This document shows, piece by piece, positions 53,761 through 64,000 of a DNA stretch of 64,000 nucleotides. A model generated the notes under the pieces. It saw only the letters and a list, made by a program, of their open reading frames with translations, was not told the DNA's origin and searched no databases. The position numbers and the translations under genes were made by a program. The stretch comes from Octopus vulgaris. Taxonomy: Eukaryota. The DNA lies in contig OX597819.1 in assembly GCA_951406725.2 (NCBI GenBank), forward strand, positions 78,492,001 through 78,556,000. The letters are read 5' to 3'. Positions within the stretch are counted from its first letter, which is position 1, and every line of letters starts with the position of its first letter.

Positions 53761-54896
53761 AGGTGGTGGACGAGAGAGAGAAAAGGGGATAATCGGTGGG
53801 GCACTGAACAGAAGAAAAATAACTAAAACTACATGCCTGGCGATATTTTAAGTATATTCTGAGATCAAATCACCCAGAGATTAACCCTGCTTTTCTTTTA
53901 TACCCGGGGTCGATAGAATACCAGCCAAGTACTGGGGGTCACGTTTTATTTACTCCTAGAATGATCCGCAGATGTGAATGAAATTGTAAATAGAAAACGA
54001 AGCCTTCGCCTTTTATCAGTGGTGGAGCTTGAGTGTATGCCGCCCGTGAAAGGAGTCTTGCCCAATTCCTATACAAGCTTATACATCAGAACCAAAAGTT
54101 CAGCTTGCAAAAAAAGCATCACCCGGGCTGGGCCGTGCCCTCGCTTTTTCCGAATAACGCTACTGTCATTTTATCGATGGTCGTTTCTGTTGTTTCGTCC
54201 CAGGTCAGCCTTGATCCAATATAGATCTATGATCAAAGGCGAGAATCTTGGTAAAATTCTTTCAACTACTTGAAGTCTTTGGAATTTTCACCAGATTGGA
54301 GGATTCCAATTGGTCAAAAATTACACAACTATATACAAATGCCTGTAACTTCTTTACAATTACTTCCTAGGGAAAATGAATGAGTGCGATTTTCGCCTTC
54401 AGCATGTAAAACTATATAGAAGCTGCATTTTACGAAAATATTCTAGTCAGATTTTAAAAACTTCAAATGGTAGGAAGAAATTTAATAAGATCTAAAGGCG
54501 TTATAATTTTGACTACCCCTGTTTTTTGTTGTTGTTTTTCAACCAGTGTATTTAAGATTAGGTTTTATAATATATATATATTTTACGTATTATTATTATT
54601 ATTATTATTGTTTTTACGCATTATTTTTGTATTCATATTCGTGTAACATCGTCCGTTTTACTGTCCTTGTTTTGTATACATTCGAAGCTTTCTTCCAAGG
54701 AATCTAATGCGCTTAGCTTAGTTTTTCCTTGGGGATGGCCAGATTGGAGAAATCTCAAGATTAATCAGCCGAAATTGCAAGAATGATCCGGTTCTTGACT
54801 GAAGATTGAAGGCTTCGAATGACCCGTCCGTGTTTTTTTGTATCGTCTTCTAAATGTTTTGCGTTCTTGTCCCAGTTTGTATTTTTTATACATATA

Positions 54897-55193
54897 CTAG
54901 CAGTATCGCCCGGCGTTGCTCGGGTTTGTAAGGGAAATAACTATACAGCATTTTTAGAGAGTTATAGCCAAAAAATAGCAAAAAAATGCATTAAAAATGG
55001 AAAAAATATGATGGTAAATTATTTTTAAAATCGTAGACTCATCGTAGACGCGCGCTAATACCCAGAAGGGCTCGATATGAATCACGACTATAAGATACCC
55101 GGTTTTGGTTAAACTGCACCGCAAAATGTGGGAGTAGTTAGGAATCTAAATCGAAGGGGACAGACACTCACACAACTACAGTTTTATATATAA

Positions 55194-55196
<3 letters not shown>
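54897..55196 (-). mobile_element. Non-autonomous Helitron (300 bp)
   Basis: Minus strand: 5' A|TC at 55196, 3' hairpin cccgagcaacgccggg then CTAG|T at 54897. These are canonical Helitron termini in an A|T target with no TSD. Confidence 0.85.
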
Positions 55197-55230
<34 letters not shown>

Positions 55231-55635
55231 TATTTTTGTTTGTTTTCTGTACATCATTCAATGTAATTTGAAGGAGATTTAGTCATTTTTTTCTATCAAG
55301 TTGAACGGGGAGACTACGTATGCTCTATGTAGATGCGCACTTCTTGAATCGATAAAATAAGTAACAAGTTAAGAAATGAAGTCGTTCATTTCTATCTCTA
55401 ATTATGTGGACCTTATGCCATTTTAAGGTGAAATAAACATCGGAGACGCGTTGCCTCATACGGAAACTGTGGGAGCCCCTCAGTGGTATTGCAAGCTCTA
55501 TTCAGTACCATCAACAGGTATCTCAGGGTCAGAAGCGCTTCGCTCCTATACCGTCACGTCTTGCTTGAGGAATCATAATAATCTTCCCTTAATTTCACTC
55601 CCCAAATTCCAGGCCTTGTGCCTATAATAGAAAGG

Positions 55636-55670
<35 letters not shown>

Positions 55671-55672
55671 AT

Positions 55673-56060
55673 AAGGCTGCGAGCTGGCAGAAACGTTAAC
55701 ACGCCGGGCGAAATGCCTAGCCGTATTTCGTCTGCCGTTACGTTCTGAGTTCAAATTCCGCCGAGGTCGACTTTACCTTTCATCCTTTCGGGGTCGATAA
55801 ATTAAGTACCAGTTACGCACTGGGGTCGATATAATCGACTTCATCCGTTTGTCTGTCCTTGTTTGTCCCCTCTGTGTTTAGCTCCTTGTGGGTAGTAAAG
55901 AAATGGGTATTTCGTGTGTCGCTACGTTCTAAGTTCAGCTTCCGCTGAGATTGACTTTGCCTTTCATCCTTTCGGGGTCGATAAATTAAATAACAGTTGC
56001 GCACTGAGGTTGATTTAATCGACTGGCCTCCTCCCCCAAAATTTCAGGCCTTGTGCCCAT
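55673..56060 (+). mobile_element. SINE family M dimer
   Basis: Head at 55673, unit 55723-55906 (184 nt), junction gaaatgggtatttc, and a second unit ending in the alternative tail. Confidence 0.88.
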
Positions 56061-56388
56061 TAGCCGGAATTATTGCTGCTGTAATTACTAGAGTAGGCAG
56101 AGGAATCACTCCACGCAGGTTCCTGCGTTTAGACCACCGGCCGTGACTGGCGCCAGTTGACATCATTAAAGAATGTCAATATATCAAAATGACAAGGAAA
56201 GTCATAATAAACAGCGTCGATTAGTAAAAGAAAAAAAAAATTTGTTAACGCCTCTGTGTGTGTGTGTGTGTGTGTGTGTGTAGCGAATCAGAAGTTAACC
56301 CTTTCTGTCCTTTTTATCTTGTTTGAGTCATTTAACTGCAGCCACGCTGGAACAACTCCTTGAGGGTTTTAGTACTCCCTCCTTCACA

Positions 56389-56466
<78 letters not shown>

Positions 56467-56669
56467 ATTAATATGGTACTTAAGTTAGATACACCAGAAT
56501 TTTGTATGGTGTTATCCATATAAATCCATTGGGTGATTATAATCAAAATAAGCAATGGTTGATGATTGCTCAACATTTTAAAACTGTTGTAATACTTACA
56601 ATATTTAATAAAATGATGTAGCGTGAAACGATCGTACCAAATTACCGAAGATATTCTTGTTTTTTATTT

Positions 56670-56699
<30 letters not shown>

Positions 56700-56703
<4 letters not shown>

Positions 56704-56770
56704 CAATATTAATGATCAGCACACTTATCGCGAATATAAGAGGTGTGGGTTCGAGTCCCATGCGTACGGA
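56700..56770 (+). pseudogene. tRNA-like sequence (SINE head or tRNA pseudogene)
   Basis: Anticodon-like arm CTTAT-cgcgaat-ATAAG and T-arm GTGGG-ttcgagt-CCCAT with a B box. Acceptor and D stems are not convincing. Confidence 0.4.
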
Positions 56771-56861
56771 AAACCCACTTTTTTCCGTTGACCGCTTATA
56801 TACCCCAATATTAGACTATTTTCTTTACTCACTACACGGTGATCGCTTATAAGCTCTCCCC

Positions 56862-56900
<39 letters not shown>

Positions 56901-57310
56901 TAAATAAAACGTATAAAACCTTTCTACGCGATGTTTTAGTCGGCGAAAACTGAAAGAAGCCCGCTGTGTATGTATGTGTGTATGTATATATATATATATA
57001 TATATAATACAAAATGGGACAAGAACGCAAAACATCCGGACAACTAGGTGATACAAAAAGGGACAACAAAACATCCAGTTAGACGATACAAGAAAAACAA
57101 GGACGGGTCATTTGAAGCTTTCTATCCTCAGTCAAGAATCGGATCATCCTCGCAAGACTTTACATGGTTGCTCGACTTGCTAGAAGTGGTAGCAGCCAGA
57201 CCTTCCTTCAAAGGAAAAGAAAAAAAATCTTATAAACGCGGTGCCCCAGCATGGTCACAACCTTTGAGGTGAAACGTAAGAAAAAAAAAAACAGAAATAA
57301 CCCTATTATC

Positions 57311-57414
57311 TGGTGTGCCCTGCTCTATATTAACCTAACGTGTCCTTATTAGACAGATTAGGTTATAGAGACCTTATTGGACACTTGAGGGGGAAAATAG
57401 AGCAGGGCACACTA
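57311..57414. mobile_element. Small hairpin MITE with a 16-bp perfect inverted repeat
   Basis: gtgtgccctgctctat (57313-57328) and atagagcagggcacac (57397-57412); inner gtgtcc/ggacac. Confidence 0.6.
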
Positions 57415-57794
57415 CGTGTGAAAAAGTGTAAGACGGAAGAAAAGAAGAAAGAAAGTAGAAAGGTGGATAAGTCGCGGTTGGAATGCGTTTGATAATACAT
57501 CTGCTTTATCAGGGCTGATCTGGGGTTAACAAGAACATCAACCGGTCAACAACTGACTTTTACAGGGAATGATAGATCTAAAGAGTAGTAAAGGTGAGAG
57601 AAGGTAGATAACGACCCACACACACACAGAACTATAAACGTACACACATAAACACACACATAAACACACACACACAAGTGTATTGATGGTTAGAGACAGA
57701 AAAGATGAATGGGCAGCACGCACGCACACACACAGAATATGTGTGTGAGAGAGAGAAGGAGAGACAGAGAGAGGGAGAGAAAGTGCATATGTGT

Positions 57795-57830
<36 letters not shown>

Positions 57831-58065
57831 ATAGAAGCAGAGCATCATCAAAGTGTTTTCGAAAAGAAAAAAAACACAAAGGAAAAAAAAAGGACAAAAA
57901 AATACGACGAAAAATTCTAAGTAGTAGATTTATGGCTGTGGACATTGTCGTGTACAAGGGGTGGCATTGAGTACAAATCTACCCCAGCGTAGGAATAGAA
58001 GGTTATCAGCGCTGTAAACTGGGTAGTGAAGAAAAGTAGGAGGAGGGGAATTAACACTATGCGGT

Positions 58066-58870
58066 GGAAGCGCATGGCTTGGTGGTTAGAGTGTTGAACT
58101 CATGATCCTAAGATTGTGGTTTCGATTCCTGGACCAGTCGATGCGTTGTTCTTGAGCAAAACGCTTTATTTCACTTCGCTCCAGTCCATCCAGCAGGTAA
58201 AAATGAGTTTATCTTGCGACGGACTGGCGCCCTGTCCAGGGAGGTATATATACGTCAGAGAGACGGTTGAGAGACCTAGGGTGTAAGAAAAAACTGGGAG
58301 TTGATTTTGAGAGCAGTGATTGGTGGAGCGCACGGCTTAGTGGTTAGGATGTTGGAATTAAGATCCTAAGATTATGATTTCGATTCCTTCACCGGGCGAT
58401 GCACTGTGCTCTTGAGCAAAACACTTCATTTCACGTTGCTCCAGTCCACTCAGCCGGCAAAACTAAACAATCCTGCTAATACCGGCGTCACGTCCAAGGA
58501 AAAAATACATACACCAGAGAAATGGGGGAAACCGCCCTTATGCTCCTTACGGAGTAATGTGGACTACCCATTGAAGGGTGAGAGACCATGGGACTAAGAA
58601 AAAAAATTGGATATTGATTTTGAGAGCAGTGGTTGGTGGAGTGCATGCATGGCTAAGTGGTTAGGGTGTTGAACTTATGGTCATAAGATTGTAGTTTCGA
58701 TTCCTGAACTGCGCTGTGCGTTGTGTTCTTGAGCAAAACACTTCTTTTCACGTTACTCCAGTTCACTCACTTTGCAAAAATGAGTAATCCTGCGACGGAC
58801 CGGCATCCCGTCCAAATCAGGAACCGGGAAACCGGCATTATGCTCCTTACGGAGTTATGTGGACTATCCG
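58066..58870 (+). mobile_element. Three consecutive family B SINEs; the last two form a ~310-bp tandem duplication including flanks
   Basis: Spacer ttgattttgagagcagtg and tail tatgctccttacggagt.atgtggacta are each present twice. Confidence 0.8.
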
Positions 58871-58873
58871 CTG

Positions 58874-58911
<38 letters not shown>

Positions 58912-58914
<3 letters not shown>

Positions 58915-59262
58915 ATTTGTTTGTCATTTGACTGCGGCCATGCTGGAGCACCGCCTTTAGCCGAATAAATCGACCCCAGGACTTATTCTTTGTAGGCCTA
59001 GTACTTTTTCTATCGGCCTCTTTTGCTGAACCGCTAAGTTAGGGGCACGTAAAAACACCAACATCGGTTGTCAAGTGTTGTTAGGGGTAAAAACACATAC
59101 ATGCGTGCGTGCGTACATACATATATACAGTTTCCGCCTACTAAATCCACTCACATGGCTTTGGTTGACCCGAGATTATAGTAGAAGACTCTTGCCCAAA
59201 GTGTCACGCAGTGGAACCATGTGGTTGGTAAGCAGGCTACTTACCACACAGCCACACATGCG

Positions 59263-59265
<3 letters not shown>
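58912..59265 (-). mobile_element. SINE family A
   Basis: Reverse-complement match to 40417-40770. Confidence 0.85.
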
Positions 59266-59295
<30 letters not shown>

Positions 59296-60025
59296 CGGTC
59301 TTCCTCATAGTTCACGCCCACTAACGTCTGCTAAATTTACTCACAAGGCATCGGTCGGCCCAGAGTTCCAGTAAAACACAGTTGCCCAAGGTGCTACGAA
59401 GTGGGACCGAACTCGAAATTATGTGGTCGCTAAACAAGTTTCCTAACCACACGGCGATGCCTGCATCTTTATGTAAATGGGGGATCGGGGAGGATAGTCA
59501 AGAGCAGTAGCCTAGAATGGGCCCTCGGCGCCATTGGGAAAATACCTTCTTGGCGCTCCCGCCTTAATTAAGAAACATTACAAGACAGAAAAATTTACAA
59601 CTTACACTCGTTCACATCATCACTCGTCCCCTTTCTCCCTCTTCGTATGTCTCTGGTCATGGCTGGAATATCTCTTTGATAGCAAATCTGCTTAATTAAA
59701 GCTGAACTGGTGCTGAACGACAATGATGACAACTGCTTCAGTCGTTTGGTTACAATTTAATCAACAAAAGCTAAAAGTTATTACTCTCCTTCTATTTTTA
59801 ATTCCATTCATATCTAGAACAAGTACTTAGGGTGCAAAAATGTGTTTAATGTGTGATATGAAAATGGAAAATAATAGGAATAGAAACCCAAACTATTCTT
59901 CCAAACTGCATCTTACTATGAACAAAAACCACAGAACATATTTGCTGACGTATACAAGATGGATAGATGAAAATTTAAACTTCTCGTAGTAGTACTTATA
60001 AAAGGCTTGTGTGTGTGGCTGTACG

Positions 60026-60619
60026 CAAGAGTTTTCAACCATTTTTTTTTTATCTATGAAGCCTTTTGATTACTATTATATTCTGATGGACCTCTATAGC
60101 TTCTCGATGTTTCTAAAACCTTGTTTTATAGACACTTCTTTCAAAATTTCTATTCTGTTTGTCGCACATTTACTTGTAAAATGTTAGAGAAAGAAACCTA
60201 GCAGTTTCTTCCAGTATATAAATAATAAATGCGCCCTTTTAAAGCCTAGCCAGGCTCATGGGCCCGGTTTCAATGACGTATGTGTTCCCCAGCTAGACGA
60301 GAAGCCAGTCCATCACAGCGTTACTCATTTTTGGCAGCTGAGTGGACTGGAGCAACGTGAAATGAAGTGTTTTGCTCAAGAACACAACGCGTCGCCCGGT
60401 CCAGGAATCGAAACCACAATCTTACGATCATGGTGCTGACACCCTAACTACTAGGCCACGCGCCTTCATTCTCCAGTACATACATCTAAAATAAATTTTT
60501 TTTTTCAGGGGCCCTTAAAATACCATTGTGTATCTTCAATTAACTATTTTGTTGTGTGGACCCCCGAAAATCTTATATGGACCCTCGGGGTCCATATGGA
60601 TTCCGGTTGAGAACCACTA
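60026..60619. mobile_element. hAT (Charlie-like) MITE with a nested family B SINE (60230-60466, minus)
   Basis: Ends (c)aagagttttcaacc ... ggttgagaaccact. The SINE is flanked by the near-duplicate ccagtatata/ccagtacata. Confidence 0.7.
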
Positions 60620-60669
60620 CTTCACAGTCGAAAGAATGTATAATGCACTTTTAGTTTTTAGACACTCTA

Positions 60670-60735
<66 letters not shown>

Positions 60736-61255
60736 GTAACTATTACCTGAAAAGCTTTGACCAGAAGCCAGCCAGATCATGGTCAATCCTGAACCTAAAC
60801 AACAATAGTGAGCAAAACATTCATAAGTAACCTATGGGTTCACTACATTCGTAAAGCTATAGATTTTTTTTCGAATACACATTAGTATTGTAAATGCCAT
60901 TGTCCTATAAGATAGCGACCATACTGCTATAGATAGGCTTCATGAATTATTTAAAGTGAAGCCTGAAGAAATTGCAGAATTTCAGTATATTGGATTATAT
61001 ATTAAAAAGGAATGGAGAGAAGATATAAGACTTGGAAGAAAAAAAACCCCAAAAGACAAAAATATAAAGAAATTGAATCTGTGACGAAGAAGCTCGCTTT
61101 GCAAGCAGGGGGTTTCGAGTTCAGTCCCACCAAACGTCATTTTTCAGCAAGTATCTCTTACAATAGCCTCTCGCCAACCAATGCCTTGACAGTGAATTTG
61201 ATAGTTGGAAACTGAGAACAAGCCTGTCAAATATATATTTACATATATATATATA

Positions 61256-62467
61256 TAGGGCCATCCCATAAATAATGTGGGTTTTTTTCAATTGCATGAA
61301 CTAAAAGTCGGAGGGAGACGGGATAAACTATCTGTAGATAAACTACAACTTGCTATATAAACAGGTAGTAATTTATCTTGTCCTTATGCTAAGTGCAAGT
61401 TTTTAAAAGTGCAGTTTGATTTTAACAGTTATTTTTTTCAAAGCTATACTGGAAGTGACAAAGGAGCATATTCGGAATATTTTGCCTCATGAGTTCAATA
61501 AAGGCAACAACGCAACGGAAAGTGCAAGGAATATTAATGCAGTATATGGGGATCAGACAATAAGAATAAGCTGGTGTTAATGGTGGTTCCAGATATTCCA
61601 AGCTGGAAACTGCAGCCTAGAAGATGAGCATCGTCCTGGAAGATCTGTAGAGCTCGACAAGGACGGCCTGCAAACCCTGGTGGGACAAAATCTCATCATA
61701 ACTTTTGAGGAACTAGCATAGAAGCTTGGAATTGATCATTCAATCATTCATCGATACCTGCGTGCCATCGGAAAAGTCAGCAAATTGGGCCAATGGGTTT
61801 CTCACAAACTTTCCGAGACTAACCACGCACAGAGAGTGAATGTGTGCTCTTCTTTGCTGTAACGTCTCACGAATGAACCATTTTCTGACTGAATAGTGAC
61901 TGGTGATGAGAAATGGTTCTCTTTGAAAATGTCAAGCGCCGAAGACAGTGGGTAAGGAAAAGAGAAACACTTTGAACTTTTAAACCCAAACCAAATGATA
62001 ACAAACGAGATCTACTGTGTGCAGCTTGAGCAGCTTAAGTCAGCAATAGAAGAAAAACAACCATCTTTGGTTTCAACACGAAAGGTACTCTTCCATCAGG
62101 ATAATGCTTAACCACATACAGCGAGGACGACATTCCAAAGGCTGGAGTAGTTTGAATGGGAAACCATGCCCCACCCACCATATTCGCCGGACATTGCCTT
62201 ATCTGATTATCATTTATTCTGCACTCTTCAAATTCATTTGGATGGTAAGAATGAATTCTGTGGACGAAGTCAGTACATTACTGGAGGAGTATTTTTCGTC
62301 ACGAACGAGTAAATTTTGGAAGAGAGGCCTTGCAAGTCTACCAGATAGTTAGAGGAACACTGTAGAAAATGAAGGAGGGTATATTTTAGATAAAAGAACT
62401 TAGTTTATCTTAATTTTGAAAAATAAAAGACGCATAAAAAAATCGCATTATTTAAGGGATGACCAAA
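61256..62467 (+). mobile_element. Mariner (DD34D) DNA transposon, near full-length, inactive; inserted in the (TA)n of a family A SINE
   Basis: TA-flanked TIRs: tagggccatcccataaataatg and reverse complement tttggtcatcccttaaataatg. SINE A head upstream (61075-61250) and tail downstream (62470-62690). Confidence 0.95.
61449..62393 (+). pseudogene. Mariner transposase pseudogene
   Basis: (M>L)EVTKEHIRNIL..EFNKGNNATESARNINAVYGD, WFQ...GNCSLEDEHRPGR, WVSHKL, IVTGDEKW, FHQDNA and HPPYSPDIALSDYHLF. Exactly 34 codons separate the second and third Asp. Multiple stops and an internal deletion near 61970. Confidence 0.93.
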
Positions 62468-63267
62468 TATATGTATGTATGGCTGTCTGTCTGTCTTTCC
62501 GGTGTGTTTGTCCCCACCGGTTGGCAACTGGTGCTGGTTTGTTCACGTCCCTGCAATTTAGCGGTTCGGCAAAAGAGACCAATAGGATAAATACCAGACT
62601 TAAAAGTACTGGGATCAAGTTGTTCGGCTAAACCCTTTAAGGCGATGCCCCAGTATGGTCACAGCCCAATGACTGGAACAAGTAAAATATAATAGACAGT
62701 CTATATGGAAAATACCATACTAACAGCAGAGATAGCAGATCCATTATTCCTGTAGATGTTTGCAAAGAATCTACCGAACGGTAATAGTGGAAGGGAAGAT
62801 TATTAAATAATATTCCACCAATGTTAGCTTTGAAGATGGGACAAAGAGGAAATATGTGAAATTGTTCAGGAGTCCGTATGGAAGGTGAAGGAACATCCTA
62901 ATCGGTTCTGCACCGAATTTGGTCCAATTAAAGACATCGATTATGGCAGGTGCCTCATGGGTGTTGCCAATAACATGTAGTGTGATACAACCTGAGGCAT
63001 GGTCGAGTCGCCGACGACTAAACGGGTTGTCGCACCAGGCTTGATTGGTGAAGATTCTTTGCTAGAAACTCAACAGGACAAAAGACAAGCTCTACGAAAA
63101 GAATAGAGAGATCCGACGGAGGGTCATCGAATATTCTAGTAGTATCGTAACGGCTAAGAAATTCCCCAGTTAATATCTGGTACTCTATAAGACCGCCAAG
63201 AATGACACACATTTTAGTCTTTGAGATAAGGCGCTACTGTGAGCTTTGGTAGAATCAACGGCATAAC

Positions 63268-63394
63268 CACTAGCCTAGCTGAAGTGTGTGCCGTCCGGGG
63301 CGGCCCTTCCGTTTGTCGCATATTGCCTACAGCAGACCCAAAAGTGCCGCCCAGAGTGGAACGCCCCTGCTGCCCCCAGCTAGCTACGCTAGTG
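63268..63394. mobile_element. hAT-superfamily MITE (127 bp) with an 8-bp TSD
   Basis: TIR CACTAGCCTAGCT versus reverse complement CACTAGCGTAGCT. TSD GGCATAAC at 63260-63267 and 63395-63402. A degenerate relative lies at ~49706-49890. Confidence 0.9.
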
Positions 63395-64000
63395 GGCATA
63401 ACTGAACAGGCGGTCTAAGTTCGGTAGTCTTGGTAGTTAGCCAGACTAAAAGGGCAATTTTGCGCGTACACCCTAACTTTCTGTAAGGACCTGCGAAAAG
63501 ATGAAAACTAAGAACATTAACCTTAATAGAAAATAGGATGAGAAGAGAATTGGCTTTGTTCATTTTGAAGAGCGCATGAAGACGCAAACGATGAGATTAC
63601 ATAACAATGGTTGTGTTTGAGGCTCGCTGTTTCGACCCTCAGCTCTGAGGAGGGAAATATTCATTCTAAGATATTGAAATGAAATGGTAGGGTGTGGGGG
63701 ACATATGAAATCCCCCCATTCACTATGGTAGAGTCAAAAACCATGAGTCACCTGCTAACTTACATATTACAGTAACTTCTTTTTTGTAATTTTTGTCCGG
63801 ATGATTCGAGAATGCAACGAGAGTGCGTAAAAAAAAAGAACGGTTTAATGGAGGGACACGAAATATAATCGATACAATGAAATCCTTTGAAACAAAAGAG
63901 TTAGCAAACATTTTAAAACCTTTTCATCATCATGATCCTCTTCTACCTCCTCCTCATCATCATCATTCATATTACTCTGCTACTGTAGCAATATTCACCA

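Noticed and set aside
53538-53826. Poly-Thr, poly-Val and His/Tyr ORFs (mucin- or beak-protein-like)
   Set aside because: Pure trinucleotide repeat open in all frames; the same holds for 49724-50191.
54795-54830. CUGAAGA...GAAU hammerhead-like motif
   Set aside because: The GAAA box is altered and no helix I partner or clear cleavage triplet could be built.
56700-56770. Functional tRNA gene
   Set aside because: Anticodon and T arms form but acceptor and D stems do not; kept only as a tRNA-derived relic.
61449-62393. Functional or domesticated transposase (SETMAR-like gene)
   Set aside because: The start codon is lost, there are multiple stops and an internal deletion, TIRs are still present, and there is no SET domain.

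Overview
AT-rich eukaryotic DNA saturated with microsatellites: (CA)n, (TA)n, (GAT)n, (TAA)n and (GATA)n. From recalled repeat families it resembles octopod cephalopod (Octopus-like) intronic or intergenic sequence; the organism is not verified. No protein-coding gene can be firmly called, and almost all supplied ORFs are translated microsatellites. The window holds (1) three recurrent tRNA-headed SINE families plus a (GAT)n-tailed family; (2) a near full-length, dead DD34D mariner (61256-62467) and other Tc1/mariner relics; (3) MITEs of hAT, piggyBac-like, Tigger-like and unclassified types; (4) non-autonomous Helitrons; (5) RTE-like LINE fragments, one with a PHD-type finger inside the RT region; (6) Penelope-like terminal repeats with minimal hammerhead-ribozyme-like motifs. 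The most interesting observations are these. A SINE forms head-to-tail arrays of a ~184-nt unit with an identical self-complementary junction (GAAATA-GG-TATTTC) at several loci, and that junction rebuilds its tRNA anticodon-like stem (hypothesis: circular-RNA or rolling-circle amplification). There are variant-core hammerheads and several long palindromes. A CpG-decay boundary near 40-41 kb may mark a hidden methylated gene body. There is also a candidate pre-miRNA-like hairpin and a few weak candidate exons.
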